DNA from: Candidatus Saccharimonadota bacterium
GTDB taxonomy: Bacteria; Patescibacteriota; Saccharimonadia; UBA4664
DNA: 64,000 nt
Direction of reading: 5' to 3'
NCBI GenBank assembly: GCA_019352195.1
Contig: JACAFG010000002.1
Span: 19,120 to 83,119, forward strand
Within the stretch, counting starts at the first letter, position 1. The number at the start of each line of letters is the position of its first letter. The position numbers and the translations under genes were made by a program. Of the stretch, positions 38,514 to 47,892 are shown piece after piece. The notes below the pieces were generated by a model that did not search any database, had not been told where the DNA came from, and was given only the letters and a program-made list of their open reading frames with translations.

Positions 38514-39451
38514 CCTTCTTTTTTTATGGGTCAAACGTCTACGCGCTGCGCCAACAGCTTACCAAAATGATGGCCGAGTACCGCAAGCGTACGGGTAGCG
38601 ATTTTGGCCTTGAGCGGTTCGATGGTTCAACCATCAAGCCAAGGGAACTCACGGCTAGTCTGCAGGCCGCGCCGTTTTTGGCGACGAGCCGGCTCGTGAT
38701 TGTTGAAAACCTGGGCGCAAATAGAGCCAATTTCAAGATTGATGAGCTGTTTGGTTCGGTGCCAAACTCGACCGTCGCCATCTTTGTAGAGTCGCAGGTC
38801 GACCGGCGGACAAATTTATTCAAAGATTTGGGGGCGGCCGACCGAGTGGTGGAATTTAAGCCGCTCACCGGCTCCGCGCTTGCCAGCTGGATTGCGTCCG
38901 AGGCCAAACGGCTCGACGGGACCATTGACCGGGCGGCCACCCAGGAGTTAATTGAACTCGTCGGCGAGGATCAGTGGCGCTTGGCTGAAGAATTAAATAA
39001 ACTCGTCAATTACAAACCTGATATCAGCAAAGATACGGTGCGTCAGTTAGTGGTGGCAGGCGTGGAGCAATCTATTTTTGATTTAGTCGACGCTATGGCG
39101 AGTGGCCGGACGGCGGCGGCGCTGGCGGCGTATCGAAATCTCCTTGATCGGCGAGAGAATGAAATTTATATCTTAACGATGGTTCAGTGGCAGCTGCGTA
39201 ACCTGCTGTGGGGTGTTATGGCGCCGCCTGAGCTTACCCAAGGCGAACTAGCTAAGGCGGCAGGCCTGAGTCCGTTTGTGGCCGGAAAAGTGCTCGGAGC
39301 GCGAAATCGGCATCCTGGTGGCCGTATTGAGGCGGCCTACATTGCGGCCAGTGAGGCCGAGTTTGACGTTAAAACCGGTCGTACCAAGGCTGAAACGGCC
39401 GTTGAGCAGCTTATTTATCGGGTGTCTGAGTCAGTAGCCCAAAAGCGGTAA
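38510..39451 (+). CDS. holA: DNA polymerase III delta subunit
   Basis: PFLA..RLVIV, ELNKL..Y and IFDLVDA motifs. Confidence 0.88.
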   Translation: MTFFFYGSNVYALRQQLTKMMAEYRKRTGSDFGLERFDGSTIKPRELTASLQAAPFLATSRLVIVENLGANRANFKIDELFGSVPNSTVAIFVESQVDRRTNLFKDLGAADRVVEFKPLTGSALASWIASEAKRLDGTIDRAATQELIELVGEDQWRLAEELNKLVNYKPDISKDTVRQLVVAGVEQSIFDLVDAMASGRTAAALAAYRNLLDRRENEIYILTMVQWQLRNLLWGVMAPPELTQGELAKAAGLSPFVAGKVLGARNRHPGGRIEAAYIAASEAEFDVKTGRTKAETAVEQLIYRVSESVAQKR

Positions 39452-39478
39452 TAGTTACTTGCGACGCTGGCGGACGGT

Positions 39479-39694
39479 TTAGTAGCCATTTTCTTGGTCG
39501 GCTTCTTGGATTTCTTCGAGGAGCATTTCCAAATCACTGGCCTGTTGTGTCACCTGACGTAGTTCGCCTTTGGCCAGCCAGGCGTTGCCCGGCACGGTGG
39601 CGTGGTCGCGCAAACGACTGAGCCGGTTGCTCATATCTTCGAGCAAATCGACAAGTTTTGCGCGTAGAGGATCAATGGGAGGTGGTTTAGCCAT
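39479..39694 (-). CDS. small hypothetical coiled-coil protein
   Basis: 71-aa ORF with protein-like composition. Confidence 0.5.
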   Translation of the reverse strand: MAKPPPIDPLRAKLVDLLEDMSNRLSRLRDHATVPGNAWLAKGELRQVTQQASDLEMLLEEIQEADQENGY

Positions 39695-39738
39695 GGTTTA
39701 AGATTGCCACGTTGTGGAGCCCGGAGCAATGAGAACGG

Positions 39739-40350
39739 CTAAAGTTTGGTGGCGCTGGCGGCGGTGTAGGTACGATTTTGGCCGAGCTTATGATAATTAC
39801 CGAACCTTTGGGTGAGATGGCGTTTCATGTAGTCTTTGAGGCCCGCAATGGTGACGACAACCAGAGTGCCGCCTGGTTTTAGTTGGGCATCGGCGTCTTC
39901 GAGAAAGATCTGCAACTGTTCAGAGCCAATTTTGGCAGGAATATTAGACACAATAAGGTCGAATTTGAGATCGGACGCGACATTGCTAAATCCGTTTGAA
40001 AGGTAGGCCCTAGCATTGGGGAGGTGGTTGAGCTGGGCATTCTTGTTGGCATATTCAACCGCCACAAAATCCTTATCCACGAGGTGCGTTTGACCCTGTG
40101 GCGCTAATTTTGCGAGTAATAAGCCTAATGGGCCGTAGCCACAGCCGAGGTCGAGGCAATCATCGGTTGGTTTTACGTCCAGGTTATTGGCCAGCAAATA
40201 CGTACCTTCATCAACCCCGCGAGGGCTAAAAAGGCCCCAAGTACTCGTAAAGTTCAACAGTTGATCCTGTAACGTGGCATCAAAAACCAGATCGGCGCGG
40301 ATAGCACCGTCTGGTGTTTTGAGGGCTTGGCGTTTTGCGTTGGTAGCCAT
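39739..40350 (-). CDS. class I SAM methyltransferase (RsmC/MTS family)
   Basis: GLFSP..VDEGT, LDLGCGYG and SNIP motifs. Confidence 0.88.
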   Translation of the reverse strand: MATNAKRQALKTPDGAIRADLVFDATLQDQLLNFTSTWGLFSPRGVDEGTYLLANNLDVKPTDDCLDLGCGYGPLGLLLAKLAPQGQTHLVDKDFVAVEYANKNAQLNHLPNARAYLSNGFSNVASDLKFDLIVSNIPAKIGSEQLQIFLEDADAQLKPGGTLVVVTIAGLKDYMKRHLTQRFGNYHKLGQNRTYTAASATKL

Positions 40351-40381
40351 ACAGCAAGAGAGGCTCTCGGCGAGCCTCTAG

Positions 40382-40801
40382 TTACTTCTTGTCGTCGGTC
40401 TTGGCAGCAGCTTTAGGAGCAGCTTTTTTGGCTGGGGCTTTTTTAGCTACTGGAGCCTTGGCGGCGGGGGCTTTCTTAGTCGTGGCCTTTTTGGCACCGG
40501 CACCAGCACCCTTGGTGGTTTTGGCTTCGACTACAGGAGCATCACCGGTAATCTTGGCAACAGCCGCGGCGAGCTGACTCTTACGCCTAGCAGCAGTATT
40601 TTTGTGCAAGGTGTGCTTTTTTACAGCACGATCGATCTCGGAGTAGGCAGCGGCTAACATTTCGTCGACGTGCTCACCGGTTTCGATAGCGTTGTGTACG
40701 GCCAGAACATCGGCCTTCACGGCGCGCTTGGTCTGAAGGTTGCGGCTGCGGCGTGTGAGCGACTGCTTAGCTCGCTTAATAGCTGATTTGATGATGGGCA
40801 T
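40382..40801 (-). CDS. rpsT: 30S ribosomal protein S20 with Lys/Ala-rich tail
   Basis: MPIIKSAIKR and IDRAVKK..LHKNTAARRKS motifs. Confidence 0.95.
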   Translation of the reverse strand: MPIIKSAIKRAKQSLTRRSRNLQTKRAVKADVLAVHNAIETGEHVDEMLAAAYSEIDRAVKKHTLHKNTAARRKSQLAAAVAKITGDAPVVEAKTTKGAGAGAKKATTKKAPAAKAPVAKKAPAKKAAPKAAAKTDDKK

Positions 40802-41004
40802 AGAAAACCTTTAGGATTAGTTGCTATCTGGTAACTTAGATACAGATCGGCGCACCTGGCGCCAAATACCCTAGGACTATACCTGAAACTGAGCTTGGTG
40901 TAAAGCAAATATAAGAGATTATATCCTAAGCATAAGCGTAACTATTGACTTTTTAGGTTAAACAGTGTATATTCATACATTGATTAACTATTAAAGGGTA
41001 CTGC

Positions 41005-42168
41005 GTGGACCTAACTCCCAAACAACAGACGTCTGAGGCGATTCGCCAAGCCGAAACGATTCTTATCACTACTGGACAGCGCCCAAATGTTGACCAGGTA
41101 GCCGCGACGTTGTCGATGGCCGCTATTTTGCGTAAATTCGGCAAAAAGGTAAGTGTTATTATCTCCGATCAGCTGCCGGGCCCGGCTCAGTGGCTTGATA
41201 CCAAAGGTGTAGATTCGCGCCTCAGCGGCTTGCGAGATTTTATCCTAAAGGTAAATACTACTAAGGTTGAAGTCGATAGCCTCCGTTATGAGCCCGATGG
41301 CGATCATCTCAAAATTTACATAACGCCGTTTGCGGGTGGTTTTGCACCGAGCGACGTGACGTTTGATTATGGCGATTTCCATTACGATTTGGCGATTATT
41401 TTGGGTGTGCCGCAGCGCAACCGAATTGATAAGGTCTATACCGAGCACGCCGCTATTTTTGCGAGCATTCCGGTCGTTAACATCGATTTTCATCGTATCA
41501 ACGAGAGCTATGGAGCCATCAACTTAATTGAGCCAACGGCTTCGAGTATTTCGGAAATGCTGGTTGCAACGAGCGAAAGCTTACAAACTGGCCTGATTGA
41601 TGCTGACATTGCTACCATGATGCTTGGCGGAATTATGGCCGCGACTGATCGTTTTACGGCGCCCCACACGACGAGCAAAAGTCTAACAGTGGCGGCTCAG
41701 ATGATGGCCGCTGGTGCCGATCAGCAGGCAGTGGTTCGTGGTCTGTACGGCGGCCGTGCCGACGGCCCGCGGAGCAATGATTCTAATCGTCCAACGCGAC
41801 CCGACGGCGCGAGTGGTCCGTTTCCGGCCAAAACTCCGGCCGCAGCTCCCTCGGCTCCTGCTGCCCAAAGTCAGCCAGTAGTAGCCCCAGCACCGGCTCC
41901 AGCTTCAGTCCCGGCCCAAGCGCCTACCGAAGCTAAACCAAGCGACGAAGTACGTTTGCCACAGGATTATCAGCCGAGCGACGAATCGGCGCCGGTAGAA
42001 CCGTTGATTGAGCCCGATCATATTGAGCTGATGAGCGCGGCAATGGCCCACGACGAATCGGCGGACGTCGAGCTGCCAACCGCCGCTCCGGTACTGCCAA
42101 TGGCAGATTTCTCGGCGGCCGCTGAAATCTTGCGTAACCGAATTGAGCCCGAGCCAACTCAGGCCTAA
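41005..42168 (+). CDS. DHH-family protein with degenerate active site and low-complexity tail
   Basis: NIDFH, YGAINL and GIMAATDRF; precedes truB. Confidence 0.75.
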   Translation: MDLTPKQQTSEAIRQAETILITTGQRPNVDQVAATLSMAAILRKFGKKVSVIISDQLPGPAQWLDTKGVDSRLSGLRDFILKVNTTKVEVDSLRYEPDGDHLKIYITPFAGGFAPSDVTFDYGDFHYDLAIILGVPQRNRIDKVYTEHAAIFASIPVVNIDFHRINESYGAINLIEPTASSISEMLVATSESLQTGLIDADIATMMLGGIMAATDRFTAPHTTSKSLTVAAQMMAAGADQQAVVRGLYGGRADGPRSNDSNRPTRPDGASGPFPAKTPAAAPSAPAAQSQPVVAPAPAPASVPAQAPTEAKPSDEVRLPQDYQPSDESAPVEPLIEPDHIELMSAAMAHDESADVELPTAAPVLPMADFSAAAEILRNRIEPEPTQA

Positions 42169-42199
42169 CAATTTGCTAATCCGCGCTATACTGGAGGCC

Positions 42200-42868
42200 A
42201 TGAACGGCCTCCTTTTAGTTAATAAACCAATTGGCATAACCAGCTTTGATATCATCCGGACACTGCGCCGGGTTGGACCAGAGCAAAAAATTGGCCATGC
42301 CGGTACGCTCGATCCGTTAGCAAGCGGGCTGATGCTGTTGCTATTTGGTACGGCGTGTAAGCAGGCCCAGACTTTGAGCGGACTTGATAAGCGTTATGTG
42401 GCACAAATTACCTTGGGTGCTACGTCGACGACGGGCGACAATGAAGGCGAGAAAACTCCTGTTTCTAGTTTAGTTCCCGATCTGGCAGCGGTCCAAGAGG
42501 TGGTAGCCAAGCTACAAGGGGTACTGCGGCAGACGCCGTCTCAGTATTCGGCCATAAAAATTGATGGCAAAGAAGCTTATAAGTACGCTCGAGCTGGAAA
42601 AATTGTCGAAATGCCGAGCCGGGAAGTGACGATTTATGAGTCAATTATTGAAAAGTATAACTATCCAGTTATTGAACTAAATGCCAAAGTATCGAGCGGA
42701 ACCTATATTAGGAGCTTAGCGGAAGATATGGGGACTGAGCTCGCCTCCGGAGCCTATTTAAGCGGGTTGGTACGGGTTGAAGTGGGCAAGTACCATTTGG
42801 ACGAGGCCCTGACGCTCGATGAATTTGATGCGCCAGCGGTAATTGAGCAGCATTTGCTCGAGTTGTAA
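42200..42868 (+). CDS. truB: tRNA pseudouridine(55) synthase
   Basis: GHAGTLDPLASG, YSAIK and GTYIRSL motifs. Confidence 0.96.
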   Translation: MNGLLLVNKPIGITSFDIIRTLRRVGPEQKIGHAGTLDPLASGLMLLLFGTACKQAQTLSGLDKRYVAQITLGATSTTGDNEGEKTPVSSLVPDLAAVQEVVAKLQGVLRQTPSQYSAIKIDGKEAYKYARAGKIVEMPSREVTIYESIIEKYNYPVIELNAKVSSGTYIRSLAEDMGTELASGAYLSGLVRVEVGKYHLDEALTLDEFDAPAVIEQHLLEL

Positions 42869-43004
42869 ATTGACTTTTGAGCTTAAATCTTCTATTTTCA
42901 TCATTAACTCCAACTGCTGATTCAAAAATTCACCAGCGGGAGTTGCATAAAATTTGCCCGTGTTCACGCCTAGTGATCTCCGCCGATTGGTGGAAAGGCA
43001 ATTC

Positions 43005-43315
43005 ATGAGTGAAATATCGGAGCCTCCTGGGGCGAGCTCATCTCGCCGCCTAAGAGGCAGGTTTGGCGTTGGTACGTCGGGATAGCGCTGGTGCTAGCAG
43101 CAGCGGCGTTCATCGTCTTGATGCGAATGTATTCGGTCACGGCCGGGCGTTGGGCTACGGTGGTGGTGTTTGCACAGCTCACGTTGCTCGCCTGGCATTG
43201 GTTTGCCACCACATCTCGGCCCCATTACGGTCGCCTGGTGGCGTTTCTGAGCTTATTCATCATGAGCGCTGTGTTGGCGCTTATTGCAGGGTTCAGCTTG
43301 CTCGGGGTAATTTAG
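43005..43315 (+). pseudogene. small membrane protein, frameshifted near 43030
   Basis: ATG at 43005 joins the hydrophobic ORF if one base is added to the G4 run at 43029-43032. Confidence 0.4.
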
Positions 43316-43470
43316 GCCGAGACGTTCGGGCAACAAATTGTCGTCGGCCGGAGTGAAAACTTCGGCCGACGGCCTCACATTTGTTCCATTATCTGATAAT
43401 GTGGCTGGTGCGAGGTTTTTTGACCTCCGAGTTCACTCATCGATCTTCGACAACCTAGATAGGACTAGCT

Positions 43471-43785
43471 GTGACCGACCCATTAGATGATTGGCGTTTT
43501 ATCCTTGCTAGCACCGAGCATGTCAGCGTCGTGCTTGGGACCGACCGTGTCACCCTGACCTATTCACCGGCCAGGAAAATATTGGTGGTGGCCATCGATT
43601 CGGACAGCCGTAATGCTGTGACGGTGAGGGTATACTCCACCTTTCCAAGCGCAAAAACCCCGACCGAGCCGATCGCGACCGGCGTGGTGGATAATCGCAT
43701 GACGCGATTGACGCTGCCCTCAGATTTCGGGCGACGTCATATCGAGCACCTGAAACTTGTGATAGGCGCAGACGAAATCGAGTAG
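43471..43785 (+). CDS. hypothetical protein
   Basis: AGGA RBS, GTG start, 104 aa. Confidence 0.5.
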   Translation: MTDPLDDWRFILASTEHVSVVLGTDRVTLTYSPARKILVVAIDSDSRNAVTVRVYSTFPSAKTPTEPIATGVVDNRMTRLTLPSDFGRRHIEHLKLVIGADEIE

Positions 43786-43837
43786 TGTCCTCGCGCTTTC
43801 AGCGAGTTTGGCCTACCAATCAGATTGGAGTTACCAG

Positions 43838-44170
43838 ATGGACAAAACAAGCTCCCAAGCGAGTCCTGCACCTGTCAAAGCCGAGAAAGCTCCCATTTGG
43901 TGGCCCAAAGAGCGCTCGCTGCGGGCGCGTAATGTGCTGATGGCCATGTGGCTGCTGCTTTGGCTGACGGCGTGTCTTGCTAGCCGGCAGACGCTCGTTG
44001 AGGCATGGCTCGTGGTAGCGCTGTTTGCCGGCGTTATTCCGCCATTTTTGCTTGAACGGCACAACCAAACGTTGGCATCTCAGCGGCGCGCGACCTTGTG
44101 GTACGTCTCGGTGTGCGGTCTCGTGGCCGTGGCGGGGAGCGTGCTGATTGTTGCGGTTTCGCATAGGTAA
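43838..44170 (+). CDS. small membrane protein
   Basis: GGAG RBS, three hydrophobic segments, hairpin at 44186-44218 downstream. Confidence 0.5.
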   Translation: MDKTSSQASPAPVKAEKAPIWWPKERSLRARNVLMAMWLLLWLTACLASRQTLVEAWLVVALFAGVIPPFLLERHNQTLASQRRATLWYVSVCGLVAVAGSVLIVAVSHR

Positions 44171-44309
44171 GAGCCGCTTGTTTTACCGCCGACCGAGGCT
44201 AAATACCTTGGTCGGCGGGCCCGACTTTCATTTCAAGCGTAAACGGTTTGAAGTAAGAGCAGGGTAGTGACTTGCATATGTTGCTCAAATCTGATAGTAT
44301 TCTGGAGTT

Positions 44310-44576
44310 ATGTTGAAACCAGAAGCCAAAACTAAGGTTATCAATGGGTTGCAGACCCACAAGCAGGACACCGGATCACCGGAAGTTCAGGTTGGTATTT
44401 TTACGGCCCAAATTAAGAGCCTCACTACGCACCTACAAGAGCACAAGAAAGACGAGCACTCTCGTCGCGGTTTGCTGAAGATGGTAAGTAAGCGTCGTCG
44501 TTTGCTCGACTACTTGGCTAAGAAAGATATCAACCGTTATCAGGAAGTGCTGAAGAAGCTCGAACTTCGCCGCTAA
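44310..44576 (+). CDS. rpsO: 30S ribosomal protein S15
   Basis: DTGSPEVQ and [17 protein letters not shown] motifs. Confidence 0.98.
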   Translation: MLKPEAKTKVINGLQTHKQDTGSPEVQVGIFTAQIKSLTTHLQEHKKDEHSRRGLLKMVSKRRRLLDYLAKKDINRYQEVLKKLELRR

Positions 44577-44705
44577 TTTCTGCCAGAGGGTCGGCTGTAA
44601 GGTCGGCCCTTCTGCTTTTGCGCAATTACTTCACGCCTCGGATCCGGTAGGTTGATCCAAAGCGCGAGGCAATTGCCCCGCGTTCCTAGTGATTGGACCT
44701 TTGAG

Positions 44706-45007
44706 ATGACTGACGCCAGTGCGTTCGTAACCGTTACGCCGCTACAGCAATACCCCGGATTTATCGTGCTCAAGTCAGGTGTGAAGTAGTCCACGCTATT
44801 TGGAGCGGCGATACGGCGGACGCGGACTTTTCCAGAGGAATTGGGGGTATCAACTACAAGCTGCGGCTCGCAGCTAAGCGTGCCGGTGGTAATGCAGTTC
44901 TGGGCGTCAACTACAGCTTTACGATCGCCGCCTTTAGATTGCGAGTCGTGGGCTACGGCGCGGCCGTATGGCTGGATGAGATCACGCCGATCCCCAGTGC
45001 GACATAA
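44706..45007 (+). pseudogene. YbjQ-like small protein, frameshifted near 44761
   Basis: Second frame reads AKRAGGNAVLGVNYSF...GYGAAVWLD. Confidence 0.5.
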
Positions 45008-45052
45008 CCTTTCGTCAACCGATAACCCTTCGAACCCGAGACGGGGTAAAGG

Positions 45053-45337
45053 ATGAGTAACAGTGTGGTGATATTACCCGACGTCCGGGGTGTCGTGGTA
45101 ACCAAACTGCAACAACTGCCCGGTCGGGCGGTATTCGCGGTTTTTGACCCGCTGCTTATGGTGCATGTCCACAACTTCCACGATCCCGTAGCGGGGTTGA
45201 AGAAGATGATGGACGAGCTCAAACGCGAAGTTGTGCGCCTCGGCGGCAACGCGGTACTGGGCTTCACCCACGAAATCGTGGTACACCGCGGCAACATCGA
45301 CTATTTTGGTTCGGGCGTGGTGGTGACGCTTGACTGA
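45053..45337 (+). CDS. YbjQ-like (heavy-metal-binding fold) protein
   Basis: LKREVVRLGGNAVLG...FGSGVVV. Confidence 0.6.
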   Translation: MSNSVVILPDVRGVVVTKLQQLPGRAVFAVFDPLLMVHVHNFHDPVAGLKKMMDELKREVVRLGGNAVLGFTHEIVVHRGNIDYFGSGVVVTLD

Positions 45338-45572
45338 TCGTTCGTGATTTTCGTCCCATTCTGTCGCTGACGCCTCAGGATGGGACGCCCACCCAAGGCC
45401 GCAAGCTCGTGCTTATTGCCTTAGGTAGGTCGACAGTCTGTTATAATTACTGCGCAACACATCCAGGTAACTGGTGTGACCGAACTCGTGAGTGTTAGAG
45501 CGAGAGTAATCGATAAAAAATCGATTATTTTACCCTGGTACGAACTTTCGTCACATCATAGAAGGACAATTT

Positions 45573-47684
45573 ATGGAACATGAGATCATTAACCCCTTTG
45601 GGAACAAGATCCGCCAGTTTACGACGGAGTTTTGTGGCCGCGAACTAACTATTGAAACTGGCAAAATGGGCTTTTTGGCCGATGGCGCGGTAACCGTTCG
45701 CTACGGCGACACGGTGGTACTTGGTACGGCCGTGGTGAGCAATCAGCCTCGCGAAGGCATGGATTTCTTTCCACTGCTCGTCGATTATGAAGAGCGATTT
45801 TATGCGGGCGGCAAAATTAGCGGCAGTAGGTTTATTAAGCGTGAAGGCCGAGCGAGCGAGCACGGCACGCTGAGCGCGCGTCTTATTGACCGTCCGGTGC
45901 GTCCGCTGTTTCCTAAAGGCTATCGTCACGACGTGCAAACCGTCGCGATGGTGCTGAGTATTGATAACGAGCTGGCGCCAAACATTGTAGCCATGACGGC
46001 GGTTTCGACGGCCTTGATGCTAAGCGGCGCGCCATTTGACGGCCCGATTGCCGGTGTTCGCATTGGCCTGATTGACGGCGAACTCGTGGCCTTTCCCAGC
46101 GAAGAGCAAATGGCTCAGTCGAAGCTGGATCTGACGGTGGCTGGCACCAAAGACGCCATTATGATGGTGGAAGCTGGCGCGGATGAAGTCGATGAAGCTA
46201 CGATGGTTGAAGCCATCGAACTGGCGCACAAAAGCATCCAGCCGCTCATTGAGCTGCAACTTGAGGCGGTAAAGGCTCTCGGCGTAAAAGAGAAGCCCTA
46301 CGAGTTGTTCTTGGCTGATACCGATTTGATGAGCGCGATTACCGAATTTCTCACCGGCAAACTCGGGCCGGCTATCCGTCACCAAGATCACTACATTCGC
46401 CACGACGCCATAAAGAGCCTGGAACAAGAGGTGGTAGCGCAGTTTAGCGGCGACTACGAGCACGCTGACATTGAAGTGGCATACCGCAAAGTTATTGATT
46501 ATGAAATCCGCCGCGGCATTGTCGAAGACGGCGAACGGCCTGACGGCCGCAAGACCACCGAGGTGCGACCAATTTCGGCCCAGGTCGGTTTACTGCCGCG
46601 TACGCACGGCTCGGCGTTGTTTACCCGCGGGACTACGCAGGTATTGAACGTTACTACGGTGGCTTCTACCAGCTACGCGCAACTCATCGACACCATGGAA
46701 GAAAACACCACCAAGCGCTACATGCATCATTACAATGCACCTGGCTACAGTAGTGGTGAAGTTCGCCCTATGCGTACCCCGGGCCGGCGCGAAATTGGTC
46801 ATGGCGCGTTAGCGGAACGGGCTTTGCTGCCGGTAATTCCGAGCGTCGAAGATTTTCCGTACACCATTCGTACGGTCAGTGAAGTCTTAAGCCAAAACGG
46901 CTCGAGCTCCATGGCGTCGGTGTGCGGCTCTACTTTGAGCCTGATGGACGCGGGTGTCCCAATTGTAAAACCAGTCAGCGGTATTGCGATGGGCCTTATT
47001 ACCAATGTTGATAAGCCGCCGGTGATTCTCACCGACATTCAGGGTGCGGAAGATTTTGCGGGTGATATGGACTTTAAAGTAGCAGGTACTACCGACGGCA
47101 TTACCGCTCTTCAAATGGATATCAAGGTAAAAGGTATTACGCCCGGCATCATGAAGGACGCTTTGGCGCAGGCGAAAGTCGGTCGCGCGCATATTTTGAG
47201 CGAGATGATGAAAGTCTTGGATTCGCCTCGCGAAGAGATGAGTCCGTTTGCCCCGCGGATTTACAAAGTGATGATTAAGCCCGAGAAGATCGCCTTAGTA
47301 ATTGGTAAGGGTGGCGAGACTATCAACAAGATTATCGCTGAAACCGGAGTCGAGATTGATATTGAAGATAGCGGTTTGGTAATGATTAGTGCGACGGAGC
47401 CCGAGGGCGCGGAGCGTGCTATGGCGATGGTTCGCGGCCTCACCGAAGATCCTGAAGTAGGTGCGGTGTATAGCGGACGCGTCGTTAAGCTTATGGAGTT
47501 TGGCGCCTTCGTTAACATCATGCCGGGACGAGACGGCCTCGTGCATGTCTCACAAATGGCAGATCACCGCGTGGAAAAGGTGAGTGATATCGTTGAAGTC
47601 GGCGATATTGTGAAGGTGAAATTGACCGAGATTGATTCGGCGGGTAGACTGAATCTTAGTATGAAGGCGGTTGCACAAGACTAG
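45573..47684 (+). CDS. pnp: polyribonucleotide nucleotidyltransferase
   Basis: RLIDRPVRPLFP, RREIGHG, GDMDFKVAG, KH and S1 domains. Confidence 0.98.
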   Translation: MEHEIINPFGNKIRQFTTEFCGRELTIETGKMGFLADGAVTVRYGDTVVLGTAVVSNQPREGMDFFPLLVDYEERFYAGGKISGSRFIKREGRASEHGTLSARLIDRPVRPLFPKGYRHDVQTVAMVLSIDNELAPNIVAMTAVSTALMLSGAPFDGPIAGVRIGLIDGELVAFPSEEQMAQSKLDLTVAGTKDAIMMVEAGADEVDEATMVEAIELAHKSIQPLIELQLEAVKALGVKEKPYELFLADTDLMSAITEFLTGKLGPAIRHQDHYIRHDAIKSLEQEVVAQFSGDYEHADIEVAYRKVIDYEIRRGIVEDGERPDGRKTTEVRPISAQVGLLPRTHGSALFTRGTTQVLNVTTVASTSYAQLIDTMEENTTKRYMHHYNAPGYSSGEVRPMRTPGRREIGHGALAERALLPVIPSVEDFPYTIRTVSEVLSQNGSSSMASVCGSTLSLMDAGVPIVKPVSGIAMGLITNVDKPPVILTDIQGAEDFAGDMDFKVAGTTDGITALQMDIKVKGITPGIMKDALAQAKVGRAHILSEMMKVLDSPREEMSPFAPRIYKVMIKPEKIALVIGKGGETINKIIAETGVEIDIEDSGLVMISATEPEGAERAMAMVRGLTEDPEVGAVYSGRVVKLMEFGAFVNIMPGRDGLVHVSQMADHRVEKVSDIVEVGDIVKVKLTEIDSAGRLNLSMKAVAQD

Positions 47685-47892
47685 CTTTCGTGGGACTTTC
47701 GTCCCACTCAGCATGCGATTTCTCGTAGAAATGGTGTCCTGGGAACGGCGAAAACGTGCCTGTCTAACTTTGGTAACGAGTGAAGCAGATGACTTTATTT
47801 ATTCGAATAAAGCCCTCTTCCTTGCTCGGGACTTCTCTCGAACAAACTAATTTTAAGGCTCTCAATTTTTGAGCCACCGATAAAGGAAATAT

